Notes: generated from the letters alone by a model not told the origin. Numbered from the stretch's first letter, positions 12,478 to 25,688 are shown. The stretch is DNA of 64,000 bases from Eledone cirrhosa (GCA_964016885.1 OZ024763.1:24676001-24740000), one strand, 5' to 3'. Numbers and translations: made by a program.

Positions 12478-12740
12478 AGCCGCAGGTGTGAGCCTCGTGA
12501 GCTGGAATGGCTTTTCCAGCCCCCCCCCCCCTGCCGTCCATTCTGCCGCGTCTCCACTGCCGTCTGCCGGGAAAACGCCTTCTCCATTCTGTCCGCCGTG
12601 GCTGTGGGGAGGCCACCCATATGATTGACAGACTTGTCATGTTTTTTATCAGTCAGATGTGTTTACACATCACCCAGTTAAATTGCCCCCTGTGTTTTGT
12701 TCCGCCAATACTGATTCTAATCTGTATAAACTTCATAAAT
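12397..12740 (+). mobile_element. 3' end of a CRE-like (restriction-like endonuclease) non-LTR retrotransposon
   Basis: AVETSGVL.PRATSLITTIGAELASRRCEPRELEWLFQ[insert]RVSTAVCRENAFSILS fits the CRE-clade C-terminal pattern P.A.ET.G...L..LG..L....D/EPRE...LFQR.S.A..R.NA; stop at 12624. Confidence 0.75.
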
Positions 12741-13009
12741 ATTACTCACTCTACCTAATTTCTCCATGAAAACATAAATCAGTTACTCTGAACAAGCGTT
12801 ATGATCTCGAAATCTCGAACGGCTAAGCATAAAAGACTACATCAACAATATGGCTGCCTCTCAACGGAGTATTTTATAAGGAGAACGTCGCACATTATAT
12901 GGCATAGATCTGAAACAATATTAGCTACATGTTGTGTTATATACATATTGATACAAGAATTTCAACGTGATATATATATATATATATATAAATGAAATAT
13001 ATTTTTTTC

Positions 13010-13100
13010 TATATCGACAGACGATCGACTTTCGTCAAATCGGACCGAGGAAACAATGTTTCCATTGGTCTTTCCAATTGCTAATACTCTCTACCAGGTA
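13010..13100 (-). mobile_element. SINE type B' 3' tail fragment
   Basis: CGATCGACTTTCGTCAAATCGGACCGAGG..GGTCTTTCCAATTGCTAATAC matches the reverse complement of about 34765-34830. Confidence 0.8.
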
Positions 13101-13256
13101 GAATGTATATATATATATATATATATATATAGTAATAATAATAAATATGAAGACTAAAATCCAAAGAGGGCTCGATAAGGATAAATATATATCAAATATA
13201 TAAGAACCGTAGAGCAAATATTTATTAAAATAAGAGATTAAAGTTTAAGGAAAGAA

Positions 13257-13350
<94 letters not shown>

Positions 13351-13772
13351 AACGAACCAAGTTGTCCTCTAACATATAACTCCTCGCTCGCTACACATGT
13401 TAAGACTTAGAAGAATCTAAATTTTATAGAATTAAAAAAAAAAGTGTGTTTCTTTTTTTATTTATTTTATTTTTTCAACAGCAAAATAAATAAGAAACAA
13501 CCAATATTATAGTATTGAAACATTTTAGTGTTTTCGAAGGTAAATCATGCGAGTTACTGTGAGATTACCAATCTATAACGACATGATGACACACTAACCT
13601 GTCTAAAATATAGATTTGCACTCTGGAGATTGGAAAAGAAAGAAAAGAGAAACGACGAAATGGCTTTTTACGATGTATATATCAACAGCGTATTTTCTCC
13701 CTTGTCTTTCTGACTGTCTGTTGGTCTGTTGCCTTGGTCTGTCTGTCTGTCTCTTTCTTTGTCGCTTGGTAT

Positions 13773-13854
<82 letters not shown>

Positions 13855-13861
13855 CAGACAT

Positions 13862-13903
<42 letters not shown>

Positions 13904-14090
13904 ATGTATGTATGTATGTATGTATGTATGTATGTATGTATGTATGTATGTATATGTATGTATATAAGTATATATATATACATATATATGTATATGACAC
14001 ACACATATATATGTATATGAATGTCCATGTTTATATATGTATTTGTTTATATATATATATATATGTGCACACACATATATATGTATATAT

Positions 14091-14125
<35 letters not shown>

Positions 14126-14288
14126 CGCACATACACACATATACATGTATATGTGTATATATGTATGTGTATGTATATATATATATATGTGTGTGTGTAT
14201 AACTAATGTAAGAATGGAAAATCGACGCAAGAAGCGCTGTGCGAATGATGCACACTCACTCATATATACACAAATACATATACATGCG

Positions 14289-14351
<63 letters not shown>

Positions 14352-15062
14352 GTATTTATATAATTCTACACAATTTCACATGTTGATGTATGTGTTTAAG
14401 TATATGTGTAAGTATGTGTGTATGTATATATATGTGTGTATGCATGTCTGTCTGAGTGTATGATGTATGCATGTCTATATGTATGTATGTATGAATGTAT
14501 TTATGTGTGTAAGTATGTTTGTATGAATGTATGTATATATATATGTATGTATGTAAGTATACATACATATACATATATATATATGTATGTATATGTATGT
14601 AGCATATTTATGTGCATATATGTATGTATGTCCGTATGTATATATATATATATATATATCTATATATATATATATGTATGTAGATATGTATGAGTGCTTG
14701 TGTGTATATATGTATGTGTGTATGCATGTATGTATGTATCTATATATGTATGTCTATGTATGTATGCATGTATGTATGTATCTATGTATGTATGTATCTA
14801 TGTGTAGATGTGACCAGCAGTAAAAAAAAAACATACCTGTGTTTTCACATTAGTCTCAGTAATGGTTTTACTTTAAGTGTCGTCTCTAAACCCTCCTCCC
14901 CCATCCACAACCCAACCTACCACAACACTTTAACACCTTCAGGAATCACACGCAAAAAACATAGACATATATGTTTATGTAGTATATATTTACATATATA
15001 TATATATATATATATATCGATTGTGTTGTTATTTCTGTTTACCTTTTACATCACACACTAAC

Positions 15063-15113
<51 letters not shown>

Positions 15114-15151
15114 TATATATATACATACATATATATATATATATACATACA

Positions 15152-15245
<94 letters not shown>

Positions 15246-15699
15246 CGAGAGTCATATTGTTGTAATAATATTGCCAGAAATAATATCAAAACATACTCAC
15301 TGTTTGGTTGGTTTTCGCCTCTGTATCTTTTATATCTCCACGGTTAATTCATTCGGTCCTCAATGTTTACCATTGACTGACCAACGGTCAAAAGATGGCG
15401 TAGATATACAATAGAATAGGAGGTACATAATAGTACCACTGACGTGGTTGCAGATGTGCAACAAAAGAACTTTGTTAGACTATATATATGTGTTTATATC
15501 TATATTATATCTGTATATATGTGTTATGTCTATATTATATCTGTATATATATGTTTATATATGTGTTTATATCTATATTATATCTGTATTATAACGAATC
15601 GAATGTTATTATTAATATTCGAAAAACTCAGATTACATTTATTGTATTCAGCCATATAGAGCGACATTTTCTTTTTTATAATTATATATATATATATAA

Positions 15700-15909
15700 A
15701 ATGGAACGATCAACTTTCGTCAAATCGGACCGAGGAAACAATGTTTCCGTTGGTCTTCGGTCGCAACTCCAGGTAGAAGGAGCAACGTGAAATAAAGTGT
15801 CTTGCTCAAGGACATAACGCATCGCCTGGTCCAGGAATCGAACTCACAACCTTACCATTGCGAATCCAATTCTCCCAACTCTCTATCTACTCAGCCACAC
15901 GCCTTCACT
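15700..15909 (-). mobile_element. SINE type B', nearly full length
   Basis: Reverse complement of 34616-34835 with an internal deletion; B box GAGTTCGATTCC intact. Confidence 0.85.
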
Positions 15910-15923
15910 ATATATATATATAT

Positions 15924-16029
<106 letters not shown>

Positions 16030-16249
16030 AGTAAGGGTTTTCTTACAAAATGAAAAATAACCAAGGTGTACTACACGAGTGAAAGTATAAAGAAAATAAG
16101 ACGAAAATGCAACTGGAGTCTAATTTTAAAAAAATATATATATTTATTTGGTTTCTTTACCGGTTTCGCAGTTCTTCTGCTTTTCATAAGTAGAGTTGAA
16201 ATGGAGGGTCTGTGGTTTTTCCCATATATATATATATATATATATATAT

Positions 16250-16670
16250 AATTCGTTCTTGAATTTGTTTTGCGAGATTTCTTATCTGAAGATGTGTGTT
16301 GAAACAGATATTGTTATAACTTGGGAGGGTCATGTTGCCAATTAAAACAGTCGCACCTGTTGGTTTTCAATTCAACTTGCTATAAGTTTCCGGTTGTAAC
16401 ATATCATCTATAAACTGTTCTCCGTGTGCAAACTAAACACACAACACACAAAAACAAGATGGTGTAGGACAGAACAAAGGAGAAACACACAGAATAAAAA
16501 CCTAGTAACTGAGGATGTCACAGAATGTGTGACGAAAGAGCTTTGACAATATATAAAGAACCCTCCGGTTATCGAACCCACCAGCCAACCAACCGGAAAT
16601 TTATAATGAATTGAAGTGAAAACCAGCAAATGTGTTTTTATTGGCAACATGACCCTCACAAAATATAACA
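16250..16670. mobile_element. Penelope-like remnant with imperfect inverted repeats
   Basis: Arms at about 16325-16395 and 16590-16657 (GAGGGTCATGTTGCCAAT / ATTGGCAACATGACCCTC) enclose an HHR motif. Confidence 0.55.
16505..16547 (+). ncRNA. Minimal type-I hammerhead ribozyme, slightly degenerate
   Basis: GTAA-CTGAGGA-T-GTCACA-GAATG-TGTGAC-GAAA-GAGC-TT-TGAC: core boxes present, 6-bp stem II, stem I with 3 of 4 pairs. Confidence 0.6.
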
Positions 16671-16687
16671 ATCTATCTATCTATATA

Positions 16688-16880
16688 AGGCGGGTAAAAT
16701 TCCCAAGATCCATGGACGAGTTCTCTCCAGCGGTCTCTGTCCCTCATTATCGCTGCCATGTCCTGCGTCTCCAACAGACCAGTGTCTGTCCTTAGGGCAT
16801 CAACATATGTTAACCTTGGTCTTCCTCTTCCAGTGTGTCCATGTAGGGGCTCCCAAAGGAGCACTGAGTGCAATGTCAAC
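16688..16880 (-). mobile_element. RTE-clade LINE 3' fragment
   Basis: Encodes LTLHSVLLWEPLHGHTGRGRPRLTYVDALRTDTGL...DRDRWR, typical of an RTE ORF C-terminus. Confidence 0.8.
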
Positions 16881-16905
16881 ATATATATATATGCAAGTAT
16901 GGATA

Positions 16906-16949
<44 letters not shown>

Positions 16950-17080
16950 GGCTATACGTCCTTGGGCAAAACTCTTTATTTCACGTTGCTCCTTCTGCCT
17001 GGAGTTGCGATAGTATAGTATTAGCAATTAGAAAAGAGCAATGGTCCGATTATACGAAAGTTGATCGACTGTTGTCGATA
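16950..17080 (+). mobile_element. SINE type B' fragment
   Basis: GTCCTTGGGCAAAACTCTTTATTTCACGTTGCTCCTTCTGCCTGGAGTTGCG. Confidence 0.75.
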
Positions 17081-17095
17081 TATATGTATATATTC

Positions 17096-17135
<40 letters not shown>

Positions 17136-17505
17136 TGTTTCCGAAGAAAACGGTCTGATCGAACCTACATATAAAGTATTGTAGTATACTTTTACATAAC
17201 TGCTTTAGATCAGACATTTTGTTAATATGATCAACCCTCCGAAACGATCGTAAAACAATGATATGAATAGGTAAAATAAATTGACTTTTTTTGTTATTAC
17301 TTTCATTGTTAAATTAATAAGTAATATATATATGTATATATATCTAATATATATATATAAGTGTGTGTACGTGTGTGTGTAAATGGTGTGATGCTATATA
17401 AATGTGTTTATCTGCTGAGTATTTTATAGATCTACACATCTAAACATCTACATACACATACTTACACAACCAGACACATACACATACACTCAGAAGCAGC
17501 TACAA

Positions 17506-17575
<70 letters not shown>

Positions 17576-17694
17576 CTGTATCATCAATTCTCTGGTAGAT
17601 TAAAGGTGTTTTCTGAAAGGTGTATAGAAAACCAATAATATATCACGTTGATTGACTCACCGAACAACGAACTAAACTTATTGAGCGAATGAAC

Positions 17695-17753
<59 letters not shown>

Positions 17754-17805
17754 GTAAAATAAAGTTAAATAAAAGTCAAATGATTAAAATTTAGCTTCGT
17801 TTATT

Positions 17806-17860
17806 ACTGCTATATATATTTCAGTGACAGCCATCTTTGGCTGTGACCTCTTCAGGCAGT
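17806..17860 (-). ncRNA. Minimal type-I hammerhead ribozyme (mirror of 18356-18410)
   Basis: Exact reverse complement of the + copy. Confidence 0.7.
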
Positions 17861-18355
17861 TTGAATTAGTATGGTATAGACAAGTACATATGTTGTTTAG
17901 GTGTATGATATTGTCAATACTCTGATATGCCCAGTTCCTTGTTGGGTTGTTAATTCACTGGGGAACTGGAGTCATATGAATTCAAACAAACGAATTTTAG
18001 TGTCACAGGTCCCTGTAGCCTCACCCCAGAAAGAATTCTATAGACTTCTGACTGAGGAATGCTCTCAGAACTGAACAATGGGAAGTTTGACACATTTTTT
18101 GATATTTTGTTCCTTCAACACCTTGTCCCTTCTACCATTTTATCAATTTTTAAGCTAACTCCAACAATGACAACACTAATAACTGACCAATGAGAGGAGA
18201 AGGGGACCTGTGACACTAAAATTCGTTTGTTTGAATTCATATGACTCCAGTTCCCCAGTGAATTAACAACCCAACAAGGAACTGGGCATATCAGAGTATT
18301 GACAATATCATACACCTAAACAACATATGTACTTGTCTATACCATACTAATTCAA

Positions 18356-18410
18356 ACTGCCTGAAGAGGTCACAGCCAAAGATGGCTGTCACTGAAATAT
18401 ATATAGCAGT
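18356..18410 (+). ncRNA. Minimal type-I hammerhead ribozyme
   Basis: ACTGC-CTGAAGA-GGTCACAGCCA-AAGA-TGGCTGTCACT-GAAA-TATATA-TA-GCAGT: 5-bp stem I, long stem II, palindromic stem III, predicted cut after 18405. Confidence 0.7.
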
Positions 18411-18610
18411 AATAAACGAAGCTAAATTTTAATCATTTGACTTTTATTTAACTTTATTTTACACTACTCCGGAGTAACCAAACCAACCTGCGCACTTCGT
18501 CGAGTGCTCCAGCCTGCATACTGAGGTGTTGGTATACAACCAACATAAACTCAAAATCTATATATATAATGTATATATATTTGTTGTGTGTGTATAAATA
18601 TATATTCAAT

Positions 18611-18646
<36 letters not shown>

Positions 18647-18701
18647 AATATAAATATATATTCAGCGAGAATCGCATTTCGACGGGTAGAGAAAGCGAAA
18701 A

Positions 18702-18774
<73 letters not shown>

Positions 18775-18785
18775 TATATATATAC

Positions 18786-18841
<56 letters not shown>

Positions 18842-18844
18842 ATG

Positions 18845-18877
<33 letters not shown>

Positions 18878-18929
18878 CATGATATAGATATATATCATGT
18901 TCATATATATATATGTGTATATATATATA

Positions 18930-19010
<81 letters not shown>

Positions 19011-19089
19011 CATGTATATATAAATATATCATGTATATATATATATATATGTGTGTATATGTACATATATATGTGTATATATATATATC

Positions 19090-19127
<38 letters not shown>

Positions 19128-19206
19128 GATATATATATATATATATATACACATGATATATATATATATATATACACACATATATATATACATATATATA
19201 TATACA

Positions 19207-19247
<41 letters not shown>

Positions 19248-19346
19248 TATATATATATACATACATATATATATATACATATATTATATATATACATATA
19301 TTATATATATACATATATTATATATATACATATATTATATATATAC

Positions 19347-19406
<60 letters not shown>

Positions 19407-19523
19407 TAAATAATGAGAGAATGAAAAAACATCAACATCTGCAACAGGTAATAAATCAAAATTAAATTATATATAACAAAAACAATATAACTATGTGTGA
19501 GTCTGTGTGTGTGTGTATGTATA

Positions 19524-19590
<67 letters not shown>

Positions 19591-19596
19591 ATATCT

Positions 19597-19627
<31 letters not shown>

Positions 19628-19712
19628 CGTGAAAGTAAATAAAACCACGGGAGGTGAGCCTAAGTGAATCCACCGAAATCAGAACATCACGTCTCTTCCC
19701 CCTCACTTGGCT

Positions 19713-19748
<36 letters not shown>

Positions 19749-19918
19749 CATATATATATATATAATATATACACATTTTAGTAGAGCATTAACGAAGCTT
19801 TAGTTTGCGGCCAAGCTAACTAATGCAAATTCGGTATGTGGCTTTAGCACTCAGATGGGAATAGTACCCCAGAGTAATAACAATACGTTTAGACAGCTTA
19901 GCAAAATATATATATATA

Positions 19919-20163
19919 GTGACACAGAGGAGACTGAGGTTAGCTGGACATGCTCACCGACATCCAGAGTTGACATTGCACTCAGTGCTCCTGTGGGAGC
20001 CCTTACATAGACACACTGGAAGTGGAAGACCAAGGTTAACGTATGTTGATGCCCTAAGAACAGACACTGGTCTGTTGGAGACGCAGGACATGGCAGCGAT
20101 AATGAGGGACAGAGACCGCTGGAGGGGGTCTCGTCCATGGATCTCGGGAATTTTACCCGCCCT
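19919..20163 (+). mobile_element. RTE-clade LINE 3' fragment
   Basis: RRLRLAGHAHRHPELTLHSVLLWEPLHRHTGSGRPRLTYVDALRTDTGL; inverted paralogue of 16688-16880. Confidence 0.85.
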
Positions 20164-20410
20164 AGAAAATATATATATGTATATATATATACAATTAAGT
20201 TAAAGTGTACATCTACATATGTATACGGAAGTATTAGTATGCATATAAATACACACATGTATATATATGTACATGTACTCAGCTTTTCACTAGACACTTT
20301 ACAGTGAGTGTCAGCTAGTCTGTATGTAACCACACAGGCGGACCGGGTTTTAGAGTCATACGAGTTTTCAAGGAAACACATTTCCTCTTTTCTCCAGAGG
20401 GCCAGACAGG

Positions 20411-20455
20411 AATATTGGACTAGTTTCGATGTTATTACATCTCATCAGCAATATT
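20411..20455 (-). ncRNA. Intact minimal type-I hammerhead ribozyme
   Basis: Minus strand AAUAUUG-CUGAUGA-GAUGU-AAUA-ACAUC-GAAA-CUAG-UC^CAAUAUU: all core nucleotides, 7-bp stem I, 5-bp stem II, palindromic ACUAGU stem III, GUC triplet. Confidence 0.85.
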
Positions 20456-20587
20456 TACCCATCTTCCGGCTTCTCTGGAGAATTGTAAAAGCACATATCG
20501 TTATATGCTTTTTCTATGAAAATTAGTAGTGGGTAGACTAATTTGCATAGAACGTGAGTCATTGTACGCACCGGTTCAGCGGAAACG

Positions 20588-20758
20588 ATAAAAACAAATA
20601 ACGAAACGAAATAAAATTTCGTTTCGCTTCTAACTCACTTTTGTATGACTGACGCTTAAACAATTAAGTTAAAGTGTACATCTACATATGTATATAAGCG
20701 TCAGTCATACAAAAGTGAGTTAGAAGCGAAACGAAATTTAATTTCTTTTCGTTATTTG

Positions 20759-20765
<7 letters not shown>
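20588..20765. repeat. About 70-bp inverted repeat with a templated spacer
   Basis: Arms at about 20588-20657 and 20695-20765; spacer ACAATTAAGTTAAAGTGTACATCTACATATGTATA duplicates 20191-20225. Confidence 0.9.
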
Positions 20766-20851
<86 letters not shown>

Positions 20852-20870
20852 TTGTGTGTGTTTATATCTA

Positions 20871-21070
20871 TATAGGAAAAGAGTCAGGACCCCGACGGCT
20901 GAGCTCTGGCCATTTCGACAGCTAGATCCGATCTGTTCGGATCTAGTTGTCGAAATGGCTGGAGCTCAGCCGTCGGGGTCCTGACTATTTTCATATAACC
21001 CTCTCTACTACCCCAAGTATCGAGTACTCTGGTGAGTAATGGTTTCACTGGTTTTTAGCGCCTCCATTCT
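20871..21070 (+). mobile_element. Fold-back Penelope-like remnant with half HHR (same family as 3028)
   Basis: Hairpin at 20871-20996 with GTC-GAAA-TGGCTG-GAGCT-CAGCCG-TC-GGGGTCC; the tail CTCTACTACCC..AAGTAT.GAGTACT is shared with 3161-3195. Confidence 0.6.
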
Positions 21071-21072
21071 AA

Positions 21073-21212
<140 letters not shown>

Positions 21213-21284
21213 TATGGTTATGTTAAGGAATGCTGTTAGCGGTGTTGGAGGGGAAGGAAACAAATTGCCAATGGACGTTTAGGA

Positions 21285-21860
21285 GTTGGTGGTGGTGGGG
21301 GTGGAGGTGGTGTGGTGATGGTGGTTATAGTGGTGGGGGTGGGGGTGGGGGTTATAGCGGGGGTGGGGGTGGAGGTGGTGTGGTGATGGTAGTTATAGCG
21401 GTGGTGGTGGAGGTGGTATTAGTGGAGGTTTGGTGGTGGTGGTGGTGTTAATGGTGGTTGTGGTAGTAGTGGACGCTTAGGTGGTGGAGGTGTTGGTGGA
21501 GGCGGTGATGATTATGATGTTGTTGATGGTGATGATGGTGATGATAATTCTGTTGAGTGTGATGATAGTGGTGATGATGTTAATTGGTCATGATAATGAC
21601 ATTGATGATGATGATGATGATGATGCTGATGATACTAGTGTTGTTGGTGGTGATGATGATGATGATGACCATGACGATAATTCTGTTTGGGTGTGGCGAT
21701 GGTGGCGGGGATGGTGATGGTAATGGTGATGGTGATGATGCTGTTGATGATGATAATTAAAGTTGGGAATGATGATGGCGTTGGTGGAGATGATGATGAT
21801 GATGATGATGATAGTGATGATGTTATATTAATGATGATGATGGTGATGATGATGCTGTCT
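21285..21860. repeat. (GGT)n/(GAT)n trinucleotide low-complexity tract
   Basis: Direct inspection. Confidence 0.9.
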
Positions 21861-21994
21861 ATAGAGAGGGGTAATGGCCGTGCTGCTGCTGCTGCCGCTG
21901 CTGTCTATTAACTTAATAATTCATATGGCGATGATAATTAATACACTAATTAATCGGATATTAATTTAATGTAAAGACGCCACTGATTATATTG

Positions 21995-22406
21995 CCACCT
22001 TCTTTCTTTCTTTCTTTACCTCTCTCTTTCTTTCTTTATTTTTCTTTCTTTTTCCTCTCTTTCTTTCTTTCTTTCTGTCTGTCTTTATTTATTTATTTAT
22101 TTATTTTGCTTTCTTTCTTTTTCTTTCTTACTTTTTTCATTCTTTCTCTCTTTCTTTCTTTCTTTATTTCTTTTTCTTTTTTACCTTCTTTCCTTCTTTC
22201 CTTTCCCTCTCTCCTTCTTTTTCTCTCTCTCTCTCTTTCTTTCTATTTTTCTTTTTACTTACTCTCTCTCTCTCTCTCCTCACTCACTCTCTTTCTTTCT
22301 TTCCCCTCTCTTCCTCTAATTTTCTCTTTCTTTTTCTTTCTCTCTTTCTCTCTTTCTCTCTCTCCCCACTCACTTTCTTTCTTTCCCCTCTCTTCCTCTA
22401 ATTTTC

Positions 22407-22470
<64 letters not shown>

Positions 22471-22520
22471 ACCCCTCTCTTCCTCTATTTTTTCTTTCTT
22501 TTTCACATCGTCACCTTTGT
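21995..22520. repeat. Polypyrimidine (CTTT/CT)n tract
   Basis: Direct inspection. Confidence 0.9.
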
Positions 22521-22749
22521 CCTTCCTTTTATTTTTTAAATTTTCTAACATTTATTTCGTTTCGTTTATTTTTCCTATATTTTTTCTCTCTTATTTCGTT
22601 TCTCTTTTCGCATGTTTTCTGTGTTTTTAGTGAAACCTCCTCACACTTAACTTTCCCATGTTCGGATATTCGAGTAGGCGCCGTTCCAAAAGTCACCACT
22701 TTCCAATGTGTTTTAATTGCCAATTATCATACTTGAACGTCTCATGATA

Positions 22750-23420
22750 CTCGTGTGTGTGTGGATTGTGTATGTGTGTATTCAGTGAGTTGTGTGTGTG
22801 TGTGTGTACTGAGTGAGTTGTGGGTGTGTGTTGTGTGTGTGTGTCTGCGGAGATTATGTGTAGATTGTGTGTGTATATTGAGTGAGTTGTGTGTGTGAGT
22901 TGTGGGTGTGTGTTGTGTGTGAGCGGAGATTATGTGTGGATTGTGTGTGTATTGAGTGAGTTGTGTGTGTGTGTGTGTGTACTGAGTGAGTTGTGGGGGT
23001 GTGTGTGTACTGAGTGAGTTGTGGGTGTGTGCTGTGTGTGTTTGTGTGCGGAGATTATGTGTATTGAGTGAGTTGTGGGTGTGTGTTGTGTAAGTTGTGG
23101 GTGTGTGTTGTGTGTGCGCGGAGATTATGTGTGGATTGTGTGTGTGTATTGAGGGAGTTGTGTGTGTGTGGGTTGTGTAGATTGTATGTTTCCTGTGGAT
23201 TGTGTGTGTGTGTGTTGTGTAGATTGTGTGTTTACTGTGGATTATGTGTGTGTTGTGTGTGTGCGGAGATTATGTGTGAATTGTATGTGTGTATTGAGTG
23301 AGTTGTGTGTGTTTCCTGTGGATTGTGTGTGTGTTGTGTAGATTGTGTGTGTGCTGGGTGTTGCAAGTGTGTATGTTTTGTTTATGGTGTGTGTGTGTGT
23401 ATGTATGATGTGTGTATTGT
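22750..23420. repeat. GT-rich degenerate minisatellite
   Basis: Recurring GCGGAGATTATGTG and ATTGAGTGAGTTGTG motifs. Confidence 0.8.
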
Positions 23421-23621
23421 TTGGATGTTGAGAGTATGTGAGTGGGATCTCTTATGGAATACTCAGCCACTTACCGCCTTGGTCATGCTGAATCTCCCTG
23501 AGAATTACCTGGAGTGTACAAGTGTCTGTAGAATGCTCAGCCACTTACTATTTAGTTTCATGAGGAATTTGTTCTGTTGTTCAAACAGCTAGAAATTCGT
23601 TCTCGAAACCAACGTTAGACC

Positions 23622-23698
<77 letters not shown>

Positions 23699-24502
23699 AC
23701 ACACACACACTCTCACACACACAGATACATAGACATACCCTCTCACATACACACACACACACTCTCACACACACTCTCTCTCTCAGAGACACATACATAG
23801 ACATACCCTCTCACATACACACACACACACTCACACACTCACTCACACACTGACACACACACACTCACACTCAAACTCACAAATACTCTCTCTCAATCAT
23901 ACACTCACACTCACACACGCACTCTCACACACATACTCACATACACACTCACACTCACACAAACTCACATACACTCAGACACACACACTCACTCTCACAC
24001 ACACACACATTCGCACAGTCATACCCACACATCACACAAACATACACCCACACACACACACACATACACAAACACTCATACCCACACATCTACACACACA
24101 CACACTCACACACACACACACTCATTCTCTCACACACACTCAAACACACACATCACACACACACACACACAAACACTCATACCCACACATCTACACACAC
24201 ACACACTCACACACACACACACTCATTCTCTCACACACACTCAAACACACACATCACACACACACACACACAAACACTCATACCCACACAATCAAACACA
24301 TCTCTATCGGAGACATAGACGTACCATACTCGTCGATGTAATAAGAAAAAGAAAGTTGCGTTCTTCATTGTCACGAGAGAATCATTAATATATACCTCTC
24401 TCTCTTTCTCTCTCTCTATATATATAGATATAGATATATAGATATGTTTATATTTATATATAGACATAGACATATATATACATATCTATATATCTATATC
24501 TA

Positions 24503-24578
<76 letters not shown>

Positions 24579-24600
24579 TATATAAACATATATAATATAT

Positions 24601-24645
<45 letters not shown>

Positions 24646-24670
24646 TATATAAACATATATAATATATGCG

Positions 24671-24701
<31 letters not shown>

Positions 24702-24731
24702 TATATAGATAGATATATATATATATATGTT

Positions 24732-24791
<60 letters not shown>

Positions 24792-25021
24792 TATATAAAC
24801 ATATATATATATATATATCTATATATATATATATATATACATATATAGACATAGACATATATATATACATATATATATATGCATATATATATATCCATAT
24901 ATAGATATATATGTATATATATATATACATAGCATAGACAGACATGTATATACATATATATATATCCATATATTTATATATATATATATATGTATGTATA
25001 TATATACATGGACATAGACAT

Positions 25022-25084
<63 letters not shown>

Positions 25085-25138
25085 CGTATGATCATATAAA
25101 CACCAATTTTTAAATATTATATTCCTCATCTCACTCCG

Positions 25139-25210
<72 letters not shown>

Positions 25211-25348
25211 GAGAGAGGGGGGGGAGAGTGAGAGGGGGAGAGGGAGAGAGAGATAAGGTGAGTAAGTTTGAGGAAGAGATTTATGTACAATTCAATGTTT
25301 TAACACATGCAACATTGCCTGATAGGTGTGGCTGTATGTAAGGATGTC

Positions 25349-25432
<84 letters not shown>

Positions 25433-25627
25433 ATTCTATATAATATATTTCTATGTGTATATATACGTGTGTATATCTCTGTGTGTGTGTGTGTATAGGT
25501 ATGTATAGCTATATATAGACGTATATATATATATATATATATACATATATAAGATATTGTATATAATATATTTCTATGTGTATATCTGTGTGTGTGTGTG
25601 TATAGGTATGTATAGCTATATATAGAC

Positions 25628-25688
<61 letters not shown>

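Larger units (their letters stand above)
17753..18560. mobile_element. Penelope-like element remnant with an inverted pseudo-LTR
   Basis: 261-bp apparently perfect inverted arms at 17753-18013 and 18203-18463, 189-bp spacer; each arm has an HHR followed by AATAAA. Confidence 0.75.

Noticed and set aside
16282-16320. CTGAAGA...GAAACAGATATTGTT hammerhead-like string
   Set aside because: No stem II can form from TGTGTGTT; treated as chance or too decayed
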